Part shown: in pieces, positions 16,533-25,217 of the stretch
Numbering within the stretch: the first letter of the stretch is position 1
Layout of the letters: each line of letters begins with the position of its first letter
Virus record (IMG/VR): IMGVR_UViG_3300025803_000012
Span: 1-62,244 of that record
DNA length: 62,244 bases
Strand: one strand, 5' to 3'
Source: a virus
Lineage: Duplodnaviria; Caudoviricetes
Program-made: the position numbers and the translations under genes
The notes under the pieces: model-generated
What the model was told of the DNA's origin: nothing
Database searches by the model: none
Seen by the model: only the letters and a program-made list of their open reading frames with translations

Positions 16533-19129
16533 TATGATACCATTTGTTGTGGTTTTTTATTACCCATTAAAGAAGCTATGCCCCCTTGATTTGCAAAGAA
16601 AGGAAGACCTACACCTTCTAATTGACTTATTGTTTCTGGATCTAATCCTGGTTGACGATTTGAAGGAGAAGGAATAGGGTCAATGACCGCGGCCATATTA
16701 AAGTTTGCATCTGGTTGTGGAACATCTAAAGTAGGTGATCCTACAATGTCTACTGGAATATCTTCTTGAATAACTTCCTCTTCAATAGAAGAATCTTCAG
16801 GAGCATCTAATAAAAATTCTATAGGTTCTTCTGCATTTTCATCTGTAGGTGCATTTTTTATAACGTCTTCATAAAAAAGATCAAACCCTTCTTTGTACTG
16901 AAGTAACCCTTCTTTTGCATCATCGGTTGCATTGGCAATTGACTCATTAAGATTATTACGTGTTAAATCAAGTAAACGAATACCTGCGCTATATCGTTGA
17001 AAATAAGATAAACTTGTATCTAAAGTATCAAATAAAATTTTTGTATTAGCAGGATTACTTAAAGCTCTTGCTATTCCTCTAGCACTTAGTGTAGGTACTA
17101 AGCCCATGCCACCTGCCATACCTATATCACCAACACTTAAAACACCAAAATAATTACCTATAATAGATCCAATACCACCAAACACAGCAGCTCTTTGAAT
17201 ATATTGATTTACATCAGGAACTTTTATACTTTTATGTTGAGACATAAAATCAAGTAACTGTCTAAATTGATTTCCATCAATTACAGAAGCGCCTTCTTTG
17301 TTTAAAATATTTAGTGCATGTAATAAACTTTCTTCTCTTACAGGTATTGTAGATCCTTTACTGGCTACTTGAGAAGATCTAAAACCAAGAGCTTTAAGTA
17401 AAGCGTCTGGATCAATGTTTAAAAAATTTGAAGTTGTTTCAAATTCATTTTTTCCTTTACCTACTTTAAAAGATTTTTCTATTGCCTCATCTATATACGC
17501 TCTAACAAAGGATCCAAAAGCCTGATCATTTTCTCCTAATAATTTATATAAATCATCAATTCCTTCTTTAGATTGAGTCTTTAAAATATCTCTAATAAAT
17601 TCATCATAATATTTTTTTCCCTCTGTAGTTAACTTTGTGTCAAATATATTATTTTTAAATGCATCAAATTTTCCTGCGAAAGCTCTTTCAAAAAGAGGTT
17701 TACCTTCAAACCATTTTCCTCCTTCTTCCCATCCATTTTTATACATGTTGGTAGCAATTTTGTATTGTGATAAAATTTGATCAGCTAAATCAGCATCTAT
17801 TTTGGATAAATCTAAATTACCAAAACTATTATTAATAGAATTTTTTATATCAATTAATTCTTTAACAGAGGCTCCTCCCTCTGTAGCATAACTTCTTTTT
17901 TGTGCTTTTTTAATAGTGTTTGTAATGTAATCTCTTAATGTTTTAACATCTAAAAACTTTTTAGCACCAAACTTATCCACTATATTTAAAGCCACTTTAT
18001 ATGCTTCACTCCATCCTGGATCGTTAGGGCTTAATTGACCTTTTCCTCCCTGTTGAGCATCACTAATAATTCTTCTTGCGACGTCTAATACATAAGGAAC
18101 ATCTTTAGCATCAGGATTTGTATTTCTTAATGGAACTATGTTAATGTCAAAATCATATACTTTTTTTCCGTTTATTTTTCCTGTCGCTAAATCTAAAAAT
18201 TTATTATATTGAGCGCCTACTTTTGTCCGAAAATTTTTATAAGTAGCGGTAGCTAGTTCTGTAATAGTTTTTCCTAATTGACTTTGAGTCTGGCCTGTAG
18301 GAGCAAGAGCGTATAGAGTATCATCAAATGCTGACTCCAATTGAGCACCTCTTTTTTTTACAAATTTTCCAACTGGTCCCGATACCAACGGAAACATGCC
18401 TCCAATTCGTAAAAACGTTTTAGCAAACCCCGAAGCTACATCTATAGGAGCAAAATCAATACCAAATTTGTCGGCTATTTTTTTTAATCCTTCGGCTCCC
18501 TTTTTTCCTGTCATTAAAATTCTTTTAAAAAGAAAAGGAATAGATCCTATTCCTACGCCAAAAGCTTCAAAGGATAAATTTCTTTTAAGATCTTGAGGAA
18601 CTTTTTCCCATATTTCTTCTATAGTTTCTTCTTCCCCTGTAATAAATCCTTTAACACGGTCATACAATTGCTCCATTGCTGTTGCGCCTAAAGTTCCACC
18701 TCCTATGGCATATAGCACTGTGCCTACAGGATTCTTTTTAAAAGTAGTTTTTAATGCATTAGCTGCTAATTTTCTAACTCCTTCATATCCTCCTAACGCT
18801 CCTACTATAGAAGCTGTATCTCTTGATTGAAGAGCACGCATAAAGTTTTCTCCAAAGTCAGTTTTTTTCTGTCTGTAAACTTCTTCATTACCACCTAATG
18901 TTTGAAAAACAAATTTGTCAAAAAAATCCATTTTATCTGGATCAACTAATTCATAGTCTTCTAAAAATTCAGAATCACCAATAAATTTTTTTTTATCCGT
19001 AAAACGTTCTATGTCAAACATTCCAGGAATAGGAGTTTGTGTTTCTTCTTCAGGACCTTCTATATCATCAAAAATATTAACAGGGATATTTGATTCTATA
19101 TCATCAAAAATATTAATTTCATCAGCCAT
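16532..19129 (-). CDS. Large internal virion / DNA ejection protein (putative)
   Basis: 865 aa, helical with Gly-rich hydrophobic segments; end of late operon; C-terminal FANQGGIASL. Confidence 0.6.
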   Translation of the reverse strand: MADEINIFDDIESNIPVNIFDDIEGPEEETQTPIPGMFDIERFTDKKKFIGDSEFLEDYELVDPDKMDFFDKFVFQTLGGNEEVYRQKKTDFGENFMRALQSRDTASIVGALGGYEGVRKLAANALKTTFKKNPVGTVLYAIGGGTLGATAMEQLYDRVKGFITGEEETIEEIWEKVPQDLKRNLSFEAFGVGIGSIPFLFKRILMTGKKGAEGLKKIADKFGIDFAPIDVASGFAKTFLRIGGMFPLVSGPVGKFVKKRGAQLESAFDDTLYALAPTGQTQSQLGKTITELATATYKNFRTKVGAQYNKFLDLATGKINGKKVYDFDINIVPLRNTNPDAKDVPYVLDVARRIISDAQQGGKGQLSPNDPGWSEAYKVALNIVDKFGAKKFLDVKTLRDYITNTIKKAQKRSYATEGGASVKELIDIKNSINNSFGNLDLSKIDADLADQILSQYKIATNMYKNGWEEGGKWFEGKPLFERAFAGKFDAFKNNIFDTKLTTEGKKYYDEFIRDILKTQSKEGIDDLYKLLGENDQAFGSFVRAYIDEAIEKSFKVGKGKNEFETTSNFLNIDPDALLKALGFRSSQVASKGSTIPVREESLLHALNILNKEGASVIDGNQFRQLLDFMSQHKSIKVPDVNQYIQRAAVFGGIGSIIGNYFGVLSVGDIGMAGGMGLVPTLSARGIARALSNPANTKILFDTLDTSLSYFQRYSAGIRLLDLTRNNLNESIANATDDAKEGLLQYKEGFDLFYEDVIKNAPTDENAEEPIEFLLDAPEDSSIEEEVIQEDIPVDIVGSPTLDVPQPDANFNMAAVIDPIPSPSNRQPGLDPETISQLEGVGLPFFANQGGIASLMGNKKPQQMVS

Positions 19130-19130
19130 G

Positions 19131-21770
19131 TTACTGAGAGGATTTCCATTCTTTATATTTCTTGATTACCAGTTCAGGATCTTTACCATTCATAATTGCG
19201 GTGATAGCATTCATAATTTGTGGATCCGTGTCTATCATATCTATCATCTCTTTAGGTAAAGAACTTTTAATTATCTCTAATTTCATATCTTCACTTTTGA
19301 TGTCTTTTGGTTTAATATTGTAAAACTGAGGAGTCTCAAATTTTTTCTCTGAGTTACCTGTTTGTCGGTAAAAAGAATTAATATCATTAACTAAAGTTTT
19401 ACGAATCTGTTTAATAGAGTCCATTGTTCTCTTAGCATTCCCTGCATAAATATTTAAAATATCTTTTTTATCATTTTTCTCTTTATTTGTTATAGATCTA
19501 AACGATCCTTGTTTCTCAACACTTGCAAGTTTAGAGGCAATAGAATCTTGTAGACCAGCAATTTGATCTATTACAGGGCTGTCAAGAAATTTAATTTCAG
19601 GTAAATCTACTCCTAAAAGACTATTAAATATTTGATCTAAAGATAAATAACCACTTTTTCCGTAACTTGCTGCTCCACCTATAATACCAAAATATTGAGG
19701 ATAGTTTAAAGCAACTTCATATAATTGATCCAAAAGTTTTATAGCTTCTTCTCCTTGATTTGCTTTTTGAATTAATATGTTTTCATTAGATGAACCCTCT
19801 TTTATATTAACTGTTTGTGACTCCACATCAACCAACCCATCATTTTTAGTTGGAATATTTTCAAAATCAATGTTTTGTGCTATTTCAATTTCGTTAGAAT
19901 TTTCTCCTCCTATTGGTGTTCCTGTATTTCTTTTTTTAATTAAACCACCTTTAGCTTGAGGTTGAGGTTGAACATTAGTAATATTAGTTTCAAGATTGAG
20001 CCCACCTACTTTGTCAAATTTCCAATATTTTTTAAATGCATTATCCGCATCAGCAAATTTTTCTAAGAATTTATTGTAATTATTAATACCTTCTTCACTG
20101 CTAATATCTATAACAGCCGTTTGTGTTGTTACCTCACCATCAACTACAGTTGGGTAACTTACTACGTATTCAATTTTATCTTTTGCTTTTGGTGTACTGA
20201 ATTCATATTCACCGTTAGGTTTTTTGTAAACAAGAGTATTCTCTGCAATACCATCTAAGTTAAGGTTAAGATCTGTAAATACGGTATCTTCAGATTGTCC
20301 TATTGTACCAATGTATACCGATGATTCCTTTTTATCTTTTGGCTCATTAAATTTATTTAAAGAACCATTAGCACTAAATTGAAAAGTTGTTCCTGTTATA
20401 GGATATGCTGCATTAAATTCATCTATAGTCATGCCTAATAGAGTAGCAGTTAATAAATCTTTTTCTGCATTACCTGTTTTAACTAATGTATTTGTGGCTT
20501 TTGCTCCCGCAGCTTTAGCCGCTGTATCGGCTGCAATAGCTGATGATAGTGCTCCTGATTTAAGTTGCATCTCTAAAGCTTTTTCTTTTGCATCTTGTGT
20601 ATTTACTCTTTTTTGTGTTGAATCTAAAAACATGCTTCCCGCTTGACTTGGATCTATGTCTCCTCTTCCATAAGCTAAAGCTAGTTTAGAAATATCCATA
20701 AGGGTATTAGCTTTGTTTCTTTCAGGATCATTGTATCCTTGCATTAATTCCATATATAAAGGAAGATAATCTTCTTTGTAAGAAGTAGCTAAATTACCTT
20801 TATTAAAATGTTGTATTGGTTGAACTGGTCCACCATTAGCATAACCCATCATTCCTGGTGCCATTCTTTCAAATTGTAAATTCTGCATAATACGATCATC
20901 AATGTTATCACTTGCTGATAATGACTCTGTATTTAAATTTTGATTAGGAAAAGAACTCATATATCCACCGTTAGCGACGCCTACAGGTTGTGGAGGCATA
21001 TTCATCGCCATCATTTCTTCCGCATCTTGTTGTGTTGGTGCAATAGAAGACATTTCTTGCCCTTCTTCTATTTGACCAATACCAGTGTTAGCGCTATCTT
21101 GATCAAGCATTTGCATAACAGGTTGAACTAAAGTTAAAACACTGTCAGGTGTTTCTTCCGCATCTTTTTCTCCAACGTAAGAAGCTAACTCTTGCCTTCT
21201 ATCAGCTTCACTTAAATCATCACCTCTAATAGAGCGCATTAACTCATCGTAAGTGTTAGTATCATCAATTTCATTTTTGGCTCTTTCGCCTTCTTCTAAC
21301 ATGGCCATAGCTTCTGCTTCTCCGCCTCCGCCACTAAAACCATCCATAATACCAACGTTCTCTGTATTAACTTGTTCTTCTACTATTTCACCTTGAGGAG
21401 GTGAACCTTCTGCTCTTGCAGATGGAACAGTAAGTTCTACAAGTTTTCTATAATCATCACTTTCAGTATTAATTATTCTTTCCATAACAGAGGAAGGATA
21501 AGCTACATTAGGATACAACAAATTAAATTCATATTCATTTAATTCATAAGCACTTCCTTCTCCGTATTGATCAGTAGGTTTATCAAGAAAATCATTTATA
21601 CCTTGTACAACCTTACTATTTTTTATTCTTTCAAATAAACTTGGCGCATTAATGCCTTCATTATTAGCTATAGTAATTCCCTCTTGTCTTTCGCCTCCCA
21701 TAGGAGTGCCATCTTGACGGCGAACCACGGGCATCGGTCGTTGAAACATTGATCTATTCATGACTGCCAT
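19131..21770 (-). CDS. Large internal virion / DNA ejection protein (putative)
   Basis: 879 aa; N-terminal MNRSMF; several xANGG/xAKGG motifs; sits in the podovirus ejectosome position. Confidence 0.6.
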   Translation of the reverse strand: MAVMNRSMFQRPMPVVRRQDGTPMGGERQEGITIANNEGINAPSLFERIKNSKVVQGINDFLDKPTDQYGEGSAYELNEYEFNLLYPNVAYPSSVMERIINTESDDYRKLVELTVPSARAEGSPPQGEIVEEQVNTENVGIMDGFSGGGGEAEAMAMLEEGERAKNEIDDTNTYDELMRSIRGDDLSEADRRQELASYVGEKDAEETPDSVLTLVQPVMQMLDQDSANTGIGQIEEGQEMSSIAPTQQDAEEMMAMNMPPQPVGVANGGYMSSFPNQNLNTESLSASDNIDDRIMQNLQFERMAPGMMGYANGGPVQPIQHFNKGNLATSYKEDYLPLYMELMQGYNDPERNKANTLMDISKLALAYGRGDIDPSQAGSMFLDSTQKRVNTQDAKEKALEMQLKSGALSSAIAADTAAKAAGAKATNTLVKTGNAEKDLLTATLLGMTIDEFNAAYPITGTTFQFSANGSLNKFNEPKDKKESSVYIGTIGQSEDTVFTDLNLNLDGIAENTLVYKKPNGEYEFSTPKAKDKIEYVVSYPTVVDGEVTTQTAVIDISSEEGINNYNKFLEKFADADNAFKKYWKFDKVGGLNLETNITNVQPQPQAKGGLIKKRNTGTPIGGENSNEIEIAQNIDFENIPTKNDGLVDVESQTVNIKEGSSNENILIQKANQGEEAIKLLDQLYEVALNYPQYFGIIGGAASYGKSGYLSLDQIFNSLLGVDLPEIKFLDSPVIDQIAGLQDSIASKLASVEKQGSFRSITNKEKNDKKDILNIYAGNAKRTMDSIKQIRKTLVNDINSFYRQTGNSEKKFETPQFYNIKPKDIKSEDMKLEIIKSSLPKEMIDMIDTDPQIMNAITAIMNGKDPELVIKKYKEWKSSQ

Positions 21771-22654
21771 TATACTACTCCTAATTTTTTAAGGCCTGCT
21801 AAACCTGTTAAGGCCCCTATGCCTGTTCCTATACCAGCTTGCATTGGGCTTGGTCCGCCATATCCTTGAGCTGTGTTAAAGACAGCCGAAGAGGACGGTG
21901 CACCTTGCATAATATCACCGTAGAAAGCTAGTTGTTGATACGGTTGCATAATACCTTGTAATAAATTTTGTCTTTTCATGTCTTCTTGTTGTTGAGCGAA
22001 TTGTTGTTGCATTCCACCTGAAGCAAGTAATGATTGAATATCTTGGCCTGCTAATCCTTGAGCTTGCGCACCTAGTTGAGCTTGTTGAGCTCCTAAACCT
22101 GCAATACCTAAACCAGCCATTCTTTGTCTTTCCATTTCACCTTGATAACCTTGCATGGCTTGACCATAATTTTGTGCATTAAGAGTTGCTAAAGCTTGCG
22201 CTCTTGCGTCTTGTTGTTGTCCTGCAAGTTCTGCTTGTTGAACCCCGTAACGCGAACCACCGAACACGCCACCTCTTACAGCATCTCCAGCTAATTGATT
22301 TGATTGTTGAGCCCCTCTTTTATCAAGCTCCGTCATTGTTGCATCAATAACTTGCTGTTGAAAAGGATTCATGTAAGCGTCTAATTGAGATTGCGTTGGC
22401 GCTCCCGTAATACCACTTAATAAATTTTGTCCTTGTGTTGTGTAATCTTTAGCTGCATCTAAGTAAGGTTGATAAGCACCAATGCCCTGTTGCGCTAAAC
22501 TAAAAGCTTGTTTTTGTTCAGGAGTAAGTCCAGCTAAAACATAATCAGGAAGAGTATACCCTTTTTCTGTTAAGGCTTTAGCGGTATCTATTAAACCAAG
22601 TTTACGAGCCTCAATATCTGGCGCTTCTCTTTGTATTTGTGTTGCTGTTGACAT
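21770..22654 (-). CDS. Gln/Ala/Gly-rich DNA pilot/ejection protein (putative)
   Basis: YMNPFQQQV, GVFGGSRYGV, Q-rich coiled coil and Gly-rich hydrophobic C-terminus. Confidence 0.65.
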   Translation of the reverse strand: MSTATQIQREAPDIEARKLGLIDTAKALTEKGYTLPDYVLAGLTPEQKQAFSLAQQGIGAYQPYLDAAKDYTTQGQNLLSGITGAPTQSQLDAYMNPFQQQVIDATMTELDKRGAQQSNQLAGDAVRGGVFGGSRYGVQQAELAGQQQDARAQALATLNAQNYGQAMQGYQGEMERQRMAGLGIAGLGAQQAQLGAQAQGLAGQDIQSLLASGGMQQQFAQQQEDMKRQNLLQGIMQPYQQLAFYGDIMQGAPSSSAVFNTAQGYGGPSPMQAGIGTGIGALTGLAGLKKLGVV

Positions 22655-23679
22655 TATGCGACTCCTCTTGATTGTTCAGAGAGTGTACCACCTTTTTCTA
22701 AATTTTTCATCATTTGATACATTCTTTTTGCTCCTTCTCTTCTATTACCTCCACCTGCATTATTAACTGCTTTGGCGGTAAACACGAATTCTCCATCACT
22801 TAACATTGCAGGTATATCATCACTTGTTCCTGTTCCAGGCCCCTCTATTTCTCCGTTCTTACGCGGAAAATATTTTTTTGATCCATCGGCTAAATTAATG
22901 ATACCACCCTCTGCTGAGTAACGAACAAAATCATCTGTTAATTCTTCGATAGGTACACCAAATTGATCTTGCATGTCAGTGTAGTAATAAGGTTTAACAC
23001 CTTGTCCTGATAATTGAAACTCTTGTGGATCATTATAGTAAAGGGGATTTAATGCATTAGGGTCGCCAGGTTCAAAGTTTGCTAATTGATTTTTTGCATC
23101 CATATAAGAAAGTCCTCCAAGACCTGCTCCTACTAATAAATTTGATTTACTAAAGACATCTCCTACACCAAGTTTATTACTGCCTGATAAATATTGTAAT
23201 CTCTTGTATGCATCTACATTTTCTTTTGTGGGATTATTAATTGCTAATTCTTTTGCTTCAATTAATTGATTTTTAAGATTAACTTTATCTGCATTACCGC
23301 TTACGTTAGCAAATTTATCTATCATGTTTTGAGCGCCTTTAATAACATTAAAATCATCTCCCATAGCAAATTTACCACCAGGTAAACCTTTACCAGCGAA
23401 ACCTTTAAGAGGGCCATATGCTCCTGCGATGGATCCAATACCATAACCCATTAATGCTGTTTTAAGAGCCTTGTCTGCTTTTTGTCCTGATATAAGGCCA
23501 CCAATACCAGCGCCAATACCAGCGCCTGCAGCACCACCAATCATAAAACCAAGACCACCACCTACAATAGGGGCTATCTTTTTTACTGCTTTTTTTACCG
23601 ATTTAAATGTTTTATTTAAGAAACCACCAATACCTAATTGGGGGATATCCTCAATAAATTGTTCGTCAAATTCCATCAT
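22654..23679 (-). CDS. Virion-associated protein with Gly-zipper helices and C-terminal GPGTGTSDDIPAMLSDGEFV domain
   Basis: Gly-zipper GGGLGFMIGGAAGAGIGAGIGG; C-terminal motif familiar from the ends of tape-measure proteins. Confidence 0.7.
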   Translation of the reverse strand: MMEFDEQFIEDIPQLGIGGFLNKTFKSVKKAVKKIAPIVGGGLGFMIGGAAGAGIGAGIGGLISGQKADKALKTALMGYGIGSIAGAYGPLKGFAGKGLPGGKFAMGDDFNVIKGAQNMIDKFANVSGNADKVNLKNQLIEAKELAINNPTKENVDAYKRLQYLSGSNKLGVGDVFSKSNLLVGAGLGGLSYMDAKNQLANFEPGDPNALNPLYYNDPQEFQLSGQGVKPYYYTDMQDQFGVPIEELTDDFVRYSAEGGIINLADGSKKYFPRKNGEIEGPGTGTSDDIPAMLSDGEFVFTAKAVNNAGGGNRREGAKRMYQMMKNLEKGGTLSEQSRGVA

Positions 23680-23802
23680 GCATAATCCTTCATAGCAACT
23701 AGTTTTTCGTTGAAAAGCAAGATGGCGAGGCTTGGAGAAATGCGCCTATTTTATTCTATATTTATAGGTGTTTTTATTGTAATGTGCAATGAGAAATTAG
23801 AC

Positions 23803-24084
23803 ATGGATATAGATATTAAGAAAGTTCCTATGGTTCGTCTCACGTGGCGCGATGCACGGGACACGGAAACTGGATGGTTAGACATAAAAGATGTGATAAA
23901 TGCTCCGTTAGCCGTGTGTCAAGAAGTAGGGTGGATGATACATAATAATGATGAAAAAATAATTATTATGCGCTCTTATAGTAAAGATAAAGACGACATA
24001 TCTGGTGGTGGTGCTATTGCTATACCTAAAGGTTGGGTGACAAAAATAGAATATTTATCTGTTGACTACTCAGAACAAAAATAA
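23803..24084 (+). CDS. Conserved hypothetical phage protein (W.DA....GW family)
   Basis: TWRDARDTETGW...EVGW...IAIPKGWV; start trimmed from 23710. Confidence 0.7.
   Translation: MDIDIKKVPMVRLTWRDARDTETGWLDIKDVINAPLAVCQEVGWMIHNNDEKIIIMRSYSKDKDDISGGGAIAIPKGWVTKIEYLSVDYSEQK
23832..23866 (+). repeat. CG-rich heptamer array (5 units)
   Basis: GGTTCGT CTCACGT GGCGCGA TGCACGG GACACGG. Confidence 0.65.
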
Positions 24085-24179
24085 GTTGTCAAGAAAACAA
24101 TTATAAAAAGATTACTTGATAATTATGATAGACGTGTTTAAATTAGATCTCACCCCAAAATTACAAATCAGGAGATATT

Positions 24180-24401
24180 ATGGATAATCAAGAAGTATTG
24201 AAAGCTATAGCTGTCCTCGCAGATAAGGTGAGTCGCTATCATGAACGTTTATTAGCAGTAGAAAGAGATCACAAGAAACACGTTGATGGGTGTTCATGTC
24301 AATCTAAACCTCCTAGTATGGGTAGACCTTTAACAGAAGATGAACGAATTTTTGTACAAGAAAACATGGCAAAACATAAGGCGGCAGCAAATGGACAATA
24401 A
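24180..24401 (+). CDS. Hypothetical coiled-coil protein with CxC
   Basis: 73 aa; SD AGGAG; has its own promoter-like spacer at 24085-24179. Confidence 0.7.
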   Translation: MDNQEVLKAIAVLADKVSRYHERLLAVERDHKKHVDGCSCQSKPPSMGRPLTEDERIFVQENMAKHKAAANGQ

Positions 24402-24471
24402 TTGCCCAGCTTGTGGTTGTGATTTAGATAAATGTATTTGTGATGATTTCTGTGAAAATTGCGGAGCTTAG
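24391..24471 (+). CDS. 26-aa Cys-rich micropeptide (not in ORF track)
   Basis: MDNNCPACGCDLDKCICDDFCENCGA, 7 Cys; overlaps the upstream stop and converges with the stop of the - strand gene. Confidence 0.55.
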   Translation: MDNNCPACGCDLDKCICDDFCENCGA

Positions 24472-24725
24472 GGATTTTTAGTTTTTCCAAATACATCAGG
24501 TAACTTCGTCACTTTAATTTGAACATTAGTTTCTACATCATCAGATGTAGTAGCTGTGTTTGGATTAGCAATATCTAGTTTAGCTTCATCCTCTGATTCG
24601 TAATCAGCCCCTGTACTTTTATTTTTTACCTCAACGTGAACTTCTGGTTGTATAATAGGAATTTCTTGTCCTTCTATTACTTGCTTACCTATTTCTTTTG
24701 AGTCTTGTACTTTCTTAAATGCCAT
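24468..24725 (-). CDS. Hypothetical late protein
   Basis: 85 aa; TAATG coupling. Confidence 0.7.
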   Translation of the reverse strand: MAFKKVQDSKEIGKQVIEGQEIPIIQPEVHVEVKNKSTGADYESEDEAKLDIANPNTATTSDDVETNVQIKVTKLPDVFGKTKNP

Positions 24726-25057
24726 TAATTTATCTCCATTAAGCTTACTAATATTTTTACTGCACCTGTTAGTTTTATTGCATCAGCTTGTTCTAATACA
24801 ATAGGTTGTGTTAACACTTCGCTTTCTGCACCGTCAGCTAAACTTTCTTTGAACAACTCTATTTCTAAATTACTGTTACTACTATCTAATACAGCTACTG
24901 TTGTTACAACAGCTCCGCCTGACTGATTAGATAAACGAATACTTTTAACTAAAGCAGTTGTTGGTGGTACAGGAGGTTGCGAGTTTTGATTTGCTGTTGG
25001 AACAGTGTAAATAGTTCCTGTTGCACTACCTGATCTACTTATAAATAAATCAGCCAA
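24725..25057 (-). CDS. Small beta-rich virion protein (putative)
   Basis: IYTVP...TALVKSIRLSN...IVLEQAD pattern seen in podovirus tail modules. Confidence 0.65.
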   Translation of the reverse strand: MADLFISRSGSATGTIYTVPTANQNSQPPVPPTTALVKSIRLSNQSGGAVVTTVAVLDSSNSNLEIELFKESLADGAESEVLTQPIVLEQADAIKLTGAVKILVSLMEIN

Positions 25058-25217
25058 GGAACCACGTCCTTGCTGTTGATTCGTCTTTTATATCCTGCTG
25101 ATAACCAAAGTTTAATTGTTGCACTATCTGCTCTAACAACCTTGTTAATATATCAATTATAGTAGGTTGATACTCAGGTGTTGCTTGAGGAAATCTTGTT
25201 GTCGTAATCTTAGCCAT
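25050..25217 (-). CDS. Small tail-module protein
   Basis: Start trimmed to the TAATG overlap at 25217 (MAKITTTRFPQATPEY). Confidence 0.65.
   Translation of the reverse strand: MAKITTTRFPQATPEYQPTIIDILTRLLEQIVQQLNFGYQQDIKDESTARTWFLG

Noticed and set aside
16532-21770. Tape-measure protein or virion RNA polymerase
   Set aside because: No tail tube or sheath genes, and no DxDGD or T7-type RNAP motifs were seen; position and composition fit ejection proteins.
23759-23766. T4-type late promoter TATAAATA on the minus strand
   Set aside because: Expected by chance in AT-rich DNA, and no gp55-like sigma factor is encoded.
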